DNA from: Candidatus Saccharimonadales bacterium | GTDB lineage: Bacteria > Patescibacteriota > Saccharimonadia > QS-5-54-17 | Length of the DNA stretch: 64,000 nucleotides | Assembly (NCBI GenBank): GCA_040903985.1 | Contig: JBBDUI010000002.1 | Coordinates: 671,469 to 735,468 of the forward strand | Direction: 5' to 3' | Shown here: positions 28,852 to 39,997 of the stretch, piece after piece | Layout: each line of letters opens with the position of its first letter | Position numbering within the stretch: position 1 is the first letter of the stretch | Notes under the pieces: model-generated | Told to the model about the DNA's origin: nothing | The model's database searches: none | What the model saw: the letters and a program-made list of their open reading frames with translations, nothing else | Made by a program: the position numbers and the translations under genes

Positions 28852-28878
28852 TTAGCACTCTTGACCATTGAGTGCTAG
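28852..28878 (+). promoter_or_regulatory. CIRCE element (HrcA operator) overlapping the -35 of the clpC promoter
   Basis: TTAGCACTC-ttgaccatt-GAGTGCTAg matches the CIRCE consensus TTAGCACTC-N9-GAGTGCTAA at 17 of 18 positions. It is followed by TATAGT. Confidence 0.7.
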
Positions 28879-28946
28879 CTGGCCTATAGTAGAAAGTGGT
28901 GACAGCCGTGACGATTCGATACAATATATAGGTATAGGGGGTCCAT

Positions 28947-31442
28947 GTGGACGAGCAATTTTTTGAAGATAATTTAACTGAAAATGCGCAAGCTAGCTTG
29001 GCTCAGGCGAATGAGATCGCTCGAGCGTTGGGTAGCACTTATATTGGCACCGAACACATTCTACTTGGTGTGTTGCGTCAGAATAGTTCTATAGGAGCTA
29101 AGGTATTAAAAAACTCCGGCGTAACCTTTGACAAGGCGCGTTTAGCGCTGAGTTTGACCCCGAAGTCACTACAGAATCTCGAGGGCCAAACCCTGACTTC
29201 TCGAGGTCTGAACGAAACAGCTAAGTTAACGTTAACGCTGTCGTGGAAAATCGCCCGAGATTTCGGACAGAAGATGTGCGGTACTGAACACATTCTATTT
29301 GCCACTCTGAGTCAGAAGAATACACGGGCTACCATCTTGCTCCGCGATATGGATATCGACTTAAGTGAGGTGCGCGAAGAGCTACAGGAATATTTGCGCA
29401 ATCAGCAGTACCACTATGAAGAACACACAAAACAGCGACGAGCTCGGAAGAAGAGTAAGACACCAACTTTGGATTATTTCGGTATAGATCTAACCGCGCA
29501 GGCCGAGGCCCGCAAATTGGATCCAGTAATCGGTCGCAGTGGTCAGATTCAGCGTATGGTGACGATCCTTAACCGGCGGACTAAGAACAATCCGGTTCTA
29601 ATCGGTGACCCCGGCGTGGGTAAGACAGCTATTGTAGAGGGTTTGGCACAGAAGATAGTGACGGAGGATGTGCCCCAAGATTTGCTAGATAAGCGTATCG
29701 TAGCGCTCGATCTCTCTAGTGTAATCGCCGGCACTAAGTATCGCGGTGAGTTTGAAGAGCGTTTGAAGCGGATATTAGAGGAACTACAAAGTGTGGATGA
29801 CATCATTCTCTTTGTGGATGAACTGCACTTAATCGTTGGAGCCGGTGCAGCTGAGGGGGCTATCGATGCCGGTAATATACTCAAACCGGCTCTAGCTCGC
29901 GGTATGATTCAGGTTATCGGGGCTACTACGACCGATGAATACCGTAAACACATTGAAAAAGATGCTGCCTTAGAGCGGCGCTTCCAAACTATTATCGTCC
30001 CGGAAACGACGACTGAAGAGACACTTCAGGTGCTACGGGGATTACGGAGTCATTATGAGAAGTATCACCGAGTGAAGATCAGTGACGATATCATCGCCGA
30101 AGCCGTTAAGTTGTCTCGGCGCTATCTACCCGACCGTTTCATGCCGGATAAGGCGATCGACCTGATTGACGAAACTGCGGCTCAGGTGCGGGTCTTACGG
30201 GGCAGCGAGACCGGTAGCGAGTCGCGCGAAATACGGGCCCAAATTCGAGAACTTCATACGGCCGTCGATGAGGCAGCCACGGATGAGAATTATGAGCAAG
30301 CTGCTCGCCTGAAGACCGAGATTAGTATGCTGGAGCAGAAACTAGAGCGGCAGGAGGCGGCCGAGGCTAGAAACGGTGAAGTACTAGAAGTGACCGATGA
30401 AGACTTGGCCGAGGTGATCTCGACCATTACCGGTGTACCGCTCAAGCGGTTAGTTAAGTCGGAAGCTCGTCAGTTAATTAACCTTGAGCGCACCTTACAG
30501 AAGTCGGTTATCGGTCAGGAAGAGGCAGTGAATGCCGTAGCTCGAGCCATTCGTCGAAATCGGTCCGGAGTGGCCGACGCGCGCCGCCCAATCGGCTCCT
30601 TCCTTTTTCTGGGGCCTAGCGGTGTTGGTAAGACTGAGTTAGCTCGGGTACTATCGCGTGAGCTCTTCCATTCTGAGGATGCTCTGATAAAGATAGATAT
30701 GAGTGAGTTTATGGAGCGCCATAATATGTCACGCCTCTTAGGCGCACCGGCCGGCTATGTCGGTTATGAAGAAGGAGGTCAGTTAACGGAGAAGGTTCGT
30801 CGTCAACCTTACTCACTAATTCTTTTCGATGAGATTGAGAAAGCCCATCCGGATGTATTTAATATGTTGTTACAAATTCTCGAAGACGGTTCCGTCAGCG
30901 ATGCCCAGGGTCGTCGGGTAGACTTTACTAATACCGTTATCATCATGACCTCTAACATCGGTGCCGAGTGGCTACAGAAAGAAGCGGTACTTGGTTTCAG
31001 GCCTGCTACCGATGATGCGCAGGATCTTGCTGGCTATCACGAGCAGGTGGCCACTCGCGTCAAGGAGGATCTAAGTAAGCAGATGCGTCCTGAGTTGTTA
31101 AATCGGATTGATAAGATTATCGTCTTCAAGGCGCTGAGTCGTCCAGAGGTAAAGCGTATTCTTAAGTTGCGTATTACCGAGCTGGAGCGTCGCTTAAGTG
31201 AGCAAGGACTAGGCATAATCTTTACCAATAGTGCTCGTCGCCACCTAGTAGAGGCCGGTTATGAGCCAAGCATGGGGGTACGACCACTACGCCGAGCCAT
31301 TGAGGAAATGGTGGAAGACCCGATTGCTACCAAGCTCTTAAGTGATGAGTTTAGTAGTGGTGATGTCATTCGGGTCAGCGCGGAAGCTGGCGAGTTGAAG
31401 TTTAGTTTAGTGACTGAGGAAGTGGTGACTAGCAAGAAGTAA
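28947..31442 (+). CDS. clpC: ATP-dependent Clp protease ATPase subunit ClpC (Clp/Hsp100 with two AAA+ modules)
   Basis: It has Clp_N repeats and two Walker A sites (GDPGVGKT and GPSGVGKT), with a UVR-like linker between the AAA domains. Confidence 0.9.
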   Translation: MDEQFFEDNLTENAQASLAQANEIARALGSTYIGTEHILLGVLRQNSSIGAKVLKNSGVTFDKARLALSLTPKSLQNLEGQTLTSRGLNETAKLTLTLSWKIARDFGQKMCGTEHILFATLSQKNTRATILLRDMDIDLSEVREELQEYLRNQQYHYEEHTKQRRARKKSKTPTLDYFGIDLTAQAEARKLDPVIGRSGQIQRMVTILNRRTKNNPVLIGDPGVGKTAIVEGLAQKIVTEDVPQDLLDKRIVALDLSSVIAGTKYRGEFEERLKRILEELQSVDDIILFVDELHLIVGAGAAEGAIDAGNILKPALARGMIQVIGATTTDEYRKHIEKDAALERRFQTIIVPETTTEETLQVLRGLRSHYEKYHRVKISDDIIAEAVKLSRRYLPDRFMPDKAIDLIDETAAQVRVLRGSETGSESREIRAQIRELHTAVDEAATDENYEQAARLKTEISMLEQKLERQEAAEARNGEVLEVTDEDLAEVISTITGVPLKRLVKSEARQLINLERTLQKSVIGQEEAVNAVARAIRRNRSGVADARRPIGSFLFLGPSGVGKTELARVLSRELFHSEDALIKIDMSEFMERHNMSRLLGAPAGYVGYEEGGQLTEKVRRQPYSLILFDEIEKAHPDVFNMLLQILEDGSVSDAQGRRVDFTNTVIIMTSNIGAEWLQKEAVLGFRPATDDAQDLAGYHEQVATRVKEDLSKQMRPELLNRIDKIIVFKALSRPEVKRILKLRITELERRLSEQGLGIIFTNSARRHLVEAGYEPSMGVRPLRRAIEEMVEDPIATKLLSDEFSSGDVIRVSAEAGELKFSLVTEEVVTSKK

Positions 31443-31513
31443 CTTCATGGCTTCTACCGACGCACTGGGGTTCAGTGCGAGCTAGTCTGCGAGTTGCTAT
31501 ACTGAAATCTATG

Positions 31514-32455
31514 AAGAGACGCATATTAGTAGTTACGGTACTAACACTATTCCTAGGACTAGCCTGGAACCACCAGGCAGTAGTGGACTGGTGGTTCTTA
31601 CGTAGTTATGATCCTCCTCAAGAGGTAGAGACGCTAGCTGATAGCTCATATTTCAGTGAGACCGGGCGGCGTCTGTTCTATCTGTCCGACCCTGCCGTGA
31701 ACGACAAACAAGAGTTTAACATCAACTGTCCGATTTTTGAGAAAAGCTATGTTTTGGGTTGCTACTCTCAGCAGCGCATATATATTCTCGAGGTAGAGCG
31801 GCAAGAGCTTGAGGGCATTATGGAGGTAACGGCGGCGCACGAGATGCTACACGCCGCCTATGATCGGTTAAGTACGCGAGAACGTGATCGCGTGGTTGAG
31901 CAACTAGAAGCGGCCTATGCTGATATCGACAACGATAAGTTACGGAGCTTAATTCGCAGTTATGAGGAGACAGGGGGTGAGAGTGTTCGTCAAAACGAAT
32001 TACATTCAATTATGGCGACTCAGGTCATCGAGTTGCCAAATGAGATAGAGACTTACTACGGTCAGTATTTCAGTGATCGTCAGGCAGTAGCCGAAATCTA
32101 CGCCGAGTACGAAGGTGTATTTAGCGAATTGAATCGTGATATAGATCGCCTGCAAGCCGAAGTCACCGCAGTGCGGGATCAGTTGGCCAGTTTGGAAGAC
32201 CAGATTGTGACTACTCGAGCTGAAGTTGATGGGCTAAATCGCGAGATGAGTCGGTTGGAGGACGAAGGCGAGATTGCGGCCTACAACCAGCTCGTCCCCC
32301 GGCAAAACGCCGCGGTTGATCGTTATAACGGCTATGTCGATCAGTATCGCGGACTAGTCAGTCGGCATAACCAGTTAGTCGATGGGCTTAACCGTACCGT
32401 GTTGTTGCAAAAGGATCTAGTCAACAGCTTGGATAGCAAGTTCGAGTCGCTGTAG
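31514..32455 (+). CDS. membrane-anchored hypothetical protein with an HEMLH motif and a C-terminal coiled coil
   Basis: The start was chosen at MKRRILVV, the signal anchor; the ORF track begins at 31475. An HEXXH-like motif (AAHEMLHAAY) and a long heptad-repeat region are present. Confidence 0.5.
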   Translation, partial: KRRILVVTVLTLFLGLAWNHQAVVDWWFLRSYDPPQEVETLADSSYFSETGRRLFYLSDPAVNDKQEFNINCPIFEKSYVLGCYSQQRIYILEVERQELEGIMEVTAAHEMLHAAYDRLSTRERDRVVEQLEAAYADIDNDKLRSLIRSYEETGGESVRQNELHSIMATQVIELPNEIETYYGQYFSDRQAVAEIYAEYEGVFSELNRDIDRLQAEVTAVRDQLASLEDQIVTTRAEVDGLNREMSRLEDEGEIAAYNQLVPRQNAAVDRYNGYVDQYRGLVSRHNQLVDGLNRTVLLQKDLVNSLDSKFESL

Positions 32456-32538
32456 GAACTTAGGGGTATGGGGTAGATGCTACTCGTGGTCAGCAGCCTA
32501 CTTAATACTGTATAACAAATACTCTATACTGATCTTAT

Positions 32539-33867
32539 ATGGCTAAAACGATATTCGTCTGTCAGGAGTGCGGCACTACTGCTCCGCGGTGGAGTGGTAA
32601 GTGTAGTGGTTGCGGAAACTGGAACACTTTAATCGAGGAAGTAAAGAGTGGTGGCTCTAGGGCGGGTAGTTCCGTTAGTGCGCGCGCAACGCAGAAGTTA
32701 GCTGATATCCCGGACACACAAGCCGTCGGTCGACTCGATACTCAAGTTACAGAGTTAAACAAGGTTTTCGGTGGCGGGATTGTACCCGGCAGCATCACTT
32801 TACTGGCGGGAGAGCCGGGAGTGGGCAAGTCGACTCTGCTACTGCAGTTAGCGGCTAATCTCGCTGTCAACCATAAGGTGCTCTACGTTAGTGGTGAGGA
32901 GTCACTACAACAGATTAAGCTTCGAGCTGAACGGCTTAAGCTGCGGGAGGTTAAGCTTGAGCTACTGGCCGAGATCGATATCGATACTATCGCCGCTACA
33001 CTGAAGCACGGCCAGTATGATTTCGTTGTAATCGATTCGGTTCAGACCATGCAGACCAGTGAGTTGAGTGCTAGCGCCGGTACCGTGAGTCAGATTACGG
33101 CCAGTACCCATCGTCTACAGAGTGTGGCCAAGGCCAGTCAGACCGCTGTACTAGTAGTTGGCCACGTGACCAAAGAAGGTAACATCGCCGGCCCGAAAAT
33201 TCTCGAGCATCTGGTAGATGTAGTGCTCTATCTCGAAGGTGAACGTTTTGGTAGCTTCAAACTACTGCGGGGGGTGAAGAATCGTTACGGCTCCACCCAT
33301 GAGGTCGGTATCTTTGAGATGGAAGAAGGTGGGATGGTGCCGGTAGATAATCCTTCAGCCCGTTTTCTGCAGGAGCGTGCACCTGGAGATGGTTCAGTGG
33401 TCTTGGCTACGGTAGAAGGGACCCGGGCTTTACTGGTCGAGGTTCAGGCCTTAGTGAGTACTAGCCCTTTTGGTTACCCCAAACGTACGGCGGCTGGTTT
33501 TGATCTTAATCGACTCAATTTATTAATAGCGGTTTTAGGCCAGCGGGCCGGTATAAAACTCGCCGACAAGGATGTCTATATTAATATTGTTGGTGGTATG
33601 AAGCTGGTCGAGCCGGCCGCTGACCTAGCTGTCGCACTAGCGATTGCTTCAGCCGCTAAGCGCCAGCCGCTAGTTGATGGACTGGTGGTTTTCGGGGAGG
33701 TCGGACTTAATGGTGAGATTCGTTCAGTGAGTGACACCGCTAAACGAGTGAAAGAGGCGCGGAAATTGAAATTCAAATCTGCGCTAGCTCCATCTGGCAC
33801 CAATGCAGAGTACATAGAGGCTGTGGTTACGCTCAAAGAGGCGATTAAACGAGGGCTAGTTTCTTAA
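32539..33867 (+). CDS. radA: DNA repair protein RadA/Sms
   Basis: N-terminal zinc ribbon CQECG...CSGCG, a RecA-like Walker A (GEPGVGKST), the KNRYG motif and a Lon-like C-terminus. Confidence 0.95.
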   Translation: MAKTIFVCQECGTTAPRWSGKCSGCGNWNTLIEEVKSGGSRAGSSVSARATQKLADIPDTQAVGRLDTQVTELNKVFGGGIVPGSITLLAGEPGVGKSTLLLQLAANLAVNHKVLYVSGEESLQQIKLRAERLKLREVKLELLAEIDIDTIAATLKHGQYDFVVIDSVQTMQTSELSASAGTVSQITASTHRLQSVAKASQTAVLVVGHVTKEGNIAGPKILEHLVDVVLYLEGERFGSFKLLRGVKNRYGSTHEVGIFEMEEGGMVPVDNPSARFLQERAPGDGSVVLATVEGTRALLVEVQALVSTSPFGYPKRTAAGFDLNRLNLLIAVLGQRAGIKLADKDVYINIVGGMKLVEPAADLAVALAIASAAKRQPLVDGLVVFGEVGLNGEIRSVSDTAKRVKEARKLKFKSALAPSGTNAEYIEAVVTLKEAIKRGLVS

Positions 33868-36576
33868 GCGCCGCCACCAGCTTAGTCCACCACCACTCCC
33901 GCCATCACCTACCTCACTACAGCTACCACTCTCAGGACAGGTAATAGTAGCGGTATCGAACAAGCCATCGCGAATGACCACTGCTTCGAAGGTGTAGCTG
34001 CCGCTGCCACCTTCAGGAGTGTAACGGAAGATGTAAGCCCCACCAGAATTACCGTCGGCCGAGATGCCGGCTGTACTGCCGTTGTAGGTTAGTCTTACCT
34101 CGTCGGCCACCCCACCTTGGAGTGCGACCCGGATAGTAATCTCATCGTTATCGTATTCGGCGCTGGATTCACTCTCGTTGATTTGAGGTTGACTGTTGCA
34201 GTTATCTTCGCGTTCCGGTATCTCACCGCCACCGCGTATGTCCAGACGACTAGCTAAGGCTTGGACCGGGGGATTCCAGCGAGAGAAGGCTGGGTCTGCA
34301 GGTGGAATCTCAGCCCGTAGTCCGTAGCTGGTGATACGGGAGGTAAAATCCTCGTGCGCCGGACAGCTGTCGTTGATGCGGCGATTAGTAGCAGTGTTGA
34401 CTAGAGCCGATTCTAGATCGCTCCCACCGCGGGGGGTATACCAGCTAGGAAAGATATCGGTAACAGTAGATGAGGAGTTATCACTGGCCCGATCCCCAGT
34501 GTAGCGATCTAGGGTGACGGTCTTTATGCCTTCCGGTCGTTCGAAGGGTTGGTTCGCTTGACCCTCCAGGGCAGTAGCCATAAAACGGGAGAAGATCGGT
34601 CCGGTCATGGTATCGGTCGGAGCGTGCATGGCCTCATTATCGTTATGTCCGACCCAGATACCGGTAACTAGACTCTTAGTGTAGCCCATGATCCAGCCGT
34701 CTTTAAAGTTATCGGTGGTTCCGGTCTTAGCCGCGACGGTGTGACCAGGAATGTTGAAGTAGGGAGAGTTAGCACCGAAGGTCGGAGCCCGCGCTGAATC
34801 ATCGGAGAGGATGCTAGATATGAGGTAGGGGACCTGTGGGTCGAAGATACGTTCGCCTTCACTCTCCTCCCATTCTTCGATGATATTTCCGTCTGGGTCG
34901 GTGATCTTCAGTATCGTAACCTGCTCGTGGTGCAGACCACCGTTAGCGAACGTTTCATATGCGCTCACATGCTGATTAAGCTGCACTTCACCGGCCCCGA
35001 GAACTAAGCTGAGGCCATAGTTGCTTGGATCGCCTAAGGTGGTAATACCCATACGCTCCACTAGGTTGAGCGTATTCTCGATTCCGGCGATGTAGAGCAT
35101 CTTAACGGCCGGGATGTTACGTGAACGCGCTAGGGCGGAGCGAATAGTCATATTGCCGGCGAAACCACCATCGTAGTTGTTAGGAATGTAGCCACCGCCA
35201 AAATCGGTGCGTACGTCGTACATGATGCTGCCTGGCCCCCAGTCTTTAGTCTCAGCAAAGGCTTGAGCGTAGGCGTAGGGCTTAAAGCTGGAACCGGGCT
35301 GGCGCTTAGCAGTAGCTGCGTTGTAGGCGCCATAGCCCGGTTCGGAGAAGTCGCGAGAGCCAACCATGGCTAATACTTGCCCATTATTTGGGTCTGAGGC
35401 TACAAGAGCGGCGTTGTTACCGCCGCCGGCCTCTACGGCTGCTATACCGGCCTCTACGGCTGCTTCAGCTTTATGTTGTAGGTCGAGATCGATCGTAGTG
35501 ATGATTTGTAGTCCACCCTGGATTACTTCTTGAGCACCGTATTTTTCTTCCAACTGTTCTTGAGCCCGGATGACGAAGTGAGGTGCCTCGATATTTCGGA
35601 ATGCATCTGGAGTCTCATTTACGTTTGCAAGCGTGTCGACTTCCTTAGCGGCGGCAGCTTCCTCCTCGGTGATATAGCCTTGTTCAGCCATTAAGTCGAG
35701 CACTATGTGCATTCTAAAAACTAGATCTTCGGTGTTCTGGCCGTAGGGTGAGTAATAGGTCGGTGCTTGGGGCAGGGCTGCTAGTAGTGCAGCCTCATCT
35801 AGGCTTAATTCGGCCGTATCTTTAGAGAAGTACATTTGTGAGGCGGCCTGAACACCGTAGGCTTGCGCTCCGTAACCGATCTCATTTAGGTATAGTTCGA
35901 GAATGTCGTCTTTCTCATAGAGCTGTTCGATTTGGATAGAAAGGATGAGCTCTTTAATCTTGCGGGTAATAGTCTGCTCTTTAGTTAGAAGTGCATTCTT
36001 GACGTACTGCTGGGTGATGGTAGAGCCCCCCTGCAAGCCGCCCCGATCGATACTTAGGACGTTGTAGATGGCGGCCCGGATAATGCCTAGTGAGCTGAAG
36101 GCCCCTTGGTTACGAAAGTTCTTATCCTCTACCGCGATAGTGGCGTCGGCGACGTAGGGACCCATGTCCTCTAGATCAATATAGGTACGATTTTGGTCAC
36201 CATAGACCTCATATAGAACCTGCTCGCCGGTGCGGTCATAGAAACGAGTCGTTTGATCTAATTGTCGGGCATTAATCTGACCTGGACTGGGCAGGTCTTT
36301 AGCGAAGTAGAGGAACAGGCCGACGATAGCTAGTAAGATTATCCCAGTCGCCACCCCAGCTATCTTGAGTGCAGCCAGTGCGCCTGGTCTGGTGAACCAC
36401 CAGTCTCGAAAACGCTGCGGGTGGAGGTACCACAGCCAACGTCGCCACCACAAATCGGGCGGGGTGGCAGACTTATGCGCCGCCGTGCGCTTCCGAGGTG
36501 CAGCTTTTGCTTTTTTACCCTTCTGCTTGGTGCCGTTTGAGAATAATTGCTTTAATTTTCGATTAAGTTTAGTCAT
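33856..36576 (-). CDS. class A penicillin-binding protein (bifunctional glycosyltransferase/transpeptidase) with a Gly-rich C-terminal extension
   Basis: The GT51 motifs (GGSTITQQ), the transpeptidase SxxK (SSFKPY) and a KTGT-like motif are present. An N-terminal TM helix is present. Confidence 0.9.
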   Translation of the reverse strand: MTKLNRKLKQLFSNGTKQKGKKAKAAPRKRTAAHKSATPPDLWWRRWLWYLHPQRFRDWWFTRPGALAALKIAGVATGIILLAIVGLFLYFAKDLPSPGQINARQLDQTTRFYDRTGEQVLYEVYGDQNRTYIDLEDMGPYVADATIAVEDKNFRNQGAFSSLGIIRAAIYNVLSIDRGGLQGGSTITQQYVKNALLTKEQTITRKIKELILSIQIEQLYEKDDILELYLNEIGYGAQAYGVQAASQMYFSKDTAELSLDEAALLAALPQAPTYYSPYGQNTEDLVFRMHIVLDLMAEQGYITEEEAAAAKEVDTLANVNETPDAFRNIEAPHFVIRAQEQLEEKYGAQEVIQGGLQIITTIDLDLQHKAEAAVEAGIAAVEAGGGNNAALVASDPNNGQVLAMVGSRDFSEPGYGAYNAATAKRQPGSSFKPYAYAQAFAETKDWGPGSIMYDVRTDFGGGYIPNNYDGGFAGNMTIRSALARSRNIPAVKMLYIAGIENTLNLVERMGITTLGDPSNYGLSLVLGAGEVQLNQHVSAYETFANGGLHHEQVTILKITDPDGNIIEEWEESEGERIFDPQVPYLISSILSDDSARAPTFGANSPYFNIPGHTVAAKTGTTDNFKDGWIMGYTKSLVTGIWVGHNDNEAMHAPTDTMTGPIFSRFMATALEGQANQPFERPEGIKTVTLDRYTGDRASDNSSSTVTDIFPSWYTPRGGSDLESALVNTATNRRINDSCPAHEDFTSRITSYGLRAEIPPADPAFSRWNPPVQALASRLDIRGGGEIPEREDNCNSQPQINESESSAEYDNDEITIRVALQGGVADEVRLTYNGSTAGISADGNSGGAYIFRYTPEGGSGSYTFEAVVIRDGLFDTATITCPESGSCSEVGDGGSGGGLSWWRRLRN

Positions 36577-36679
36577 AACTAGCTGGCTTCCTCCCCATAA
36601 GAAACGTTCGTGACTTATTATAGCAAATAAGCCGAAGCATATTTAGTTAAAATTTTGCTCCGTTGCCAGTCAGTAAGCT

Positions 36680-37855
36680 ATGATGTCATATATGAATGAT
36701 TTAATATTTCGGGCCAGCAAGGAGATAGTAGTCCGTTCTGAACTGGAGGCTGCCCTGGCAGAGGGTCGAAAACTGCGGATTAAGTTTGGTATCGATCCTA
36801 CTGGAGAACGGATCCACCTCGGTCACGCCGCTACGATCCGTAAACTGAAACATTTTCAAGCCGCCGGACATCAGATCGTACTGATTGTCGGTAGTTTTAC
36901 TGGACGCATCGGAGATGCTTCTGATAAAGACAGCGAGCGACAGATTTTAACCGCTGAGGCCGTCGAACGTAATATGCAACGCTATGAGGTGCAACTGGGT
37001 CGTATCTTTGATATTTCGGCGGCAGAGATACACTATAACCATGAGTGGTTCAACCAGATGGGTTTGGATGAGTGGCTCCGGATCAATCAGCTGTTCTCGG
37101 TAGCGCAGATGATTGAGCGTGATAACTTCGCGCAACGGTTTAAGGCCGGTAGTCGGATCGGTCTGCAGGAGTTTCAGTACCCACTGTTGCAGGGCTATGA
37201 CTCGGTGGCCGTGCGCGCCGATGTCGAGATCGGTGGTACCGATCAGCTGTTTAACCTACTTGCTGGTCGACCACTGCAGAAAGCCTATAAGCAGGCTCCG
37301 CAGCATGCGATAACTTATGAGCTGCTCTTAGCTGATGACGGCCGCAAGATGAGCAAATCTTGGGCTAACTGCATCTGGATCGATGATGAGCCGGCCGAAA
37401 TGTACGGCAAGCTGATGCGGATTAACGATGAGCTCGTTATGCACTATTTCGAGCTATGTACTGACGTACCGGTGGCTGAGCTTGATGAGTTAAAAACGGC
37501 CCTCGAGTCCGGTAATCCGCGCGACGTTAAAGCCAGATTAGCCCGCGAGGTAGTAGCTATCTATCACGATGAGGCAGCGGCCGACCACGCTGCTGCGGCT
37601 TTCATGCGTCAGTTTAGCCAAGGAGAGCTTCCAGAGAATATACCTGAAGTTCAGCTGGATCACGCCAGCTGGGAGGTAGAAGCGCTACTGTTAGCTACTA
37701 AATTAGCCGACTCTAAATCGGCTGCTCGTCGATTATTGGCACAGGGCGGTGTGCGGTTAAATGGCGAAAAGTTGACGTCTACTACTGTGAACGTTACACC
37801 AGGGGATGTACTGCAAGCAGGTAAACGTCGTTTCGTGCGGCTTATCCTGAGCTAA
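36680..37855 (+). CDS. tyrS: tyrosyl-tRNA synthetase
   Basis: HIGH motif (HLGHAAT), KMSKS and a C-terminal S4 domain (LLAQGGVRLNGEK). Confidence 0.85.
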   Translation: MMSYMNDLIFRASKEIVVRSELEAALAEGRKLRIKFGIDPTGERIHLGHAATIRKLKHFQAAGHQIVLIVGSFTGRIGDASDKDSERQILTAEAVERNMQRYEVQLGRIFDISAAEIHYNHEWFNQMGLDEWLRINQLFSVAQMIERDNFAQRFKAGSRIGLQEFQYPLLQGYDSVAVRADVEIGGTDQLFNLLAGRPLQKAYKQAPQHAITYELLLADDGRKMSKSWANCIWIDDEPAEMYGKLMRINDELVMHYFELCTDVPVAELDELKTALESGNPRDVKARLAREVVAIYHDEAAADHAAAAFMRQFSQGELPENIPEVQLDHASWEVEALLLATKLADSKSAARRLLAQGGVRLNGEKLTSTTVNVTPGDVLQAGKRRFVRLILS

Positions 37856-37888
37856 TCACTTATAATCTAAGTTTGTTAGTATGAGCAT

Positions 37889-39892
37889 ATGAAAATGGAT
37901 TCATCTGTCAGTGAACTCAGTGGGGTTGGGGCGGCTGTCGCTGGCAAACTTACCCAATTGGGGATTGAAACGATTGCCGATCTATTACGACACTACCCAC
38001 GTCGCTACGACGACTACTCCCAAGTTACTCCGGTCGCCCTACTTCATCCAGGTCAGGTGACTGTAAAAGGTCGAATCAGCCAGGTCACCAATCGCCGAAC
38101 TAGAAGCTCTACTACCTTAACCGAGGCCTTGATTAGTGATGATAGCGGCGAGGTTAAGGCAGTTTGGTTTAACCAGCCCTACCTAGCTAAGCAACTACCG
38201 CACGATGGGGCCGTTTATCTCTCTGGTGAGTTGGCCTTTAAGTACCAACAGTATGCTTTGCAGAATCCGGTAGTGGAGCGAGTTAGTAATTTCACTAAGG
38301 ATACGGCCCGAATAGTACCGGTCTATCCGGAGACGGCCGGTTTGAGTTCAAAGCAGCTCCGTCGCTTACTGGCTCAAGCCCTACAGGTAGCCCTACCGGA
38401 GGTAATACCGCTTGAAATCCGGCAGCAATACCGTCTGCTGTCGATTAACCAGGCTATAGCCCAGATCCATTTTCCTAGTTCAGTAGTTCAGCTGGAGGCG
38501 GCTAAGTACCGGCTGGGGTTTGAGGAAGTTTATTTGTTACAGCTGGTCGCACGTTCGCTGCGGGATAAGTTGTCACATGAGATTGCCCCACGCATTAAGT
38601 TTGATTTAGAAGCTACCACTAACCTGCTAACACAGTTGCCTTTTAAACTAACCAATGACCAGCGCAAGGTGGCTTGGCGCATTATGCAGGACTTAGACAG
38701 CGAACGGCCCATGAACCGTTTACTACAAGGTGATGTAGGGAGTGGTAAGACGGTGGTAGCGGCCCTGGCGGCTCAGCAGGTAGCCCGAGCCGGTCGGCAA
38801 ACGGTATTGCTGGCACCGACCGAACTGCTAGCTCGTCAGCACTTCGAAACGTTATGTTCTACCCTCTCTGGAGAGGAGATTAAGGTCGACCTCTTAGTTA
38901 GTAGTATTAAAGGAGCCCAGCGCAGGGAAGTATTGCAGGGTTTAAGTGAGGGGCGTACCGCTATAGTAGTCGGCACGCACGCCCTGCTAGAGAAAGAGGT
39001 AGTGCTCGCTAATCTCGGTCTAGTAATAATCGATGAACAACATCGCTTTGGTGTTAGGCAGCGTCAAGCTATTCAACAGATGTCGCCTACAGCACCGCAT
39101 CTGCTCAGCATGTCAGCTACGCCGATCCCGCGTAGTTTAGCCCTGACGGCTTATGGTGATCTCGATATCTCCAGTATTCGTGAACTACCGATTGGGAGAA
39201 AGCCGATTAAGACTGAAGTGAGCACTAATGCCCGTCAGGTGTACGCTCATATCTATGAGCAGATTAAGTCCGGTCGACAAGTGTATGTGGTCTGCCCTTT
39301 AATTGAAGACTCTGCCAAGTCGGAAGCTACAAGTGTGGCTACGCAAATCAAACAGCTTAAGCAATACTGGCGTGATGTGCGGATTGCTCCCTTGCACGGT
39401 CGCCTGAAGGCCGAGGAGAAAGCGGCTACTATGCGTGACTTTAGTAAGGGTAAGATCGATGTTCTGGTGGCCACGACTGTGGTAGAAGTCGGAGTTGATG
39501 TCAGTAATGCTACTATCATGCTAATTGAGGGGGCCGAGCGCTTCGGATTGGCTACCTTACATCAGTTACGGGGCCGGGTTGGTCGAGGGAGGGCTCAGTC
39601 CTATTGCTATCTGAAGACTTCAGCTAGCGGTCAAGCCAGGCAGCGCTTGCAACTAATGGAACGCTATCAGGATGGTTTCATTCTCGCCGAACAAGATCTA
39701 GAGTTGCGCGGTCCTGGGGAGATCTATGGACAGCATCAACACGGCGCCTTAGATTTACGCATGGCTCGCTTGAATGACCTTGAGTTATTAACCGCGGCCA
39801 AGACGGCCGCTCAAGATACCCCCTTGCCAGTTAGAGATGCGACCCTACGACAGACATTGGCTCGCTTACAGACGAGGCTCGGCACTAACTAG
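37889..39892 (+). CDS. recG: ATP-dependent DNA helicase RecG
   Basis: N-terminal wedge domain plus helicase motifs (GDVGSGKT, DEQHRFG). Confidence 0.9.
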   Translation: MKMDSSVSELSGVGAAVAGKLTQLGIETIADLLRHYPRRYDDYSQVTPVALLHPGQVTVKGRISQVTNRRTRSSTTLTEALISDDSGEVKAVWFNQPYLAKQLPHDGAVYLSGELAFKYQQYALQNPVVERVSNFTKDTARIVPVYPETAGLSSKQLRRLLAQALQVALPEVIPLEIRQQYRLLSINQAIAQIHFPSSVVQLEAAKYRLGFEEVYLLQLVARSLRDKLSHEIAPRIKFDLEATTNLLTQLPFKLTNDQRKVAWRIMQDLDSERPMNRLLQGDVGSGKTVVAALAAQQVARAGRQTVLLAPTELLARQHFETLCSTLSGEEIKVDLLVSSIKGAQRREVLQGLSEGRTAIVVGTHALLEKEVVLANLGLVIIDEQHRFGVRQRQAIQQMSPTAPHLLSMSATPIPRSLALTAYGDLDISSIRELPIGRKPIKTEVSTNARQVYAHIYEQIKSGRQVYVVCPLIEDSAKSEATSVATQIKQLKQYWRDVRIAPLHGRLKAEEKAATMRDFSKGKIDVLVATTVVEVGVDVSNATIMLIEGAERFGLATLHQLRGRVGRGRAQSYCYLKTSASGQARQRLQLMERYQDGFILAEQDLELRGPGEIYGQHQHGALDLRMARLNDLELLTAAKTAAQDTPLPVRDATLRQTLARLQTRLGTN

Positions 39893-39997
39893 CTGCCGTT
39901 AAACTTTGCTATACTATTGAGTAATTCCCGCGTCGATAATTACTATATCGACACCAATAAATACAAACTAATAATCTAAGGAGAGCAGTCCAAATAC

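Noticed and set aside
28852-28878. CtsR operator upstream of clpC/clpP
   Set aside because: Only a single GGTCAAG-like heptad is present on the complementary strand, with no tandem repeat. The full TTAGCACTC-N9-GAGTGCTAA dyad fits CIRCE much better.
36577-36679. T-box leader upstream of tyrS (and upstream of hisS at 41548-41612)
   Set aside because: No T-box consensus (AATTAGGGTGGNACCGCG) or specifier/antiterminator arrangement is visible, and the spacers are too short.
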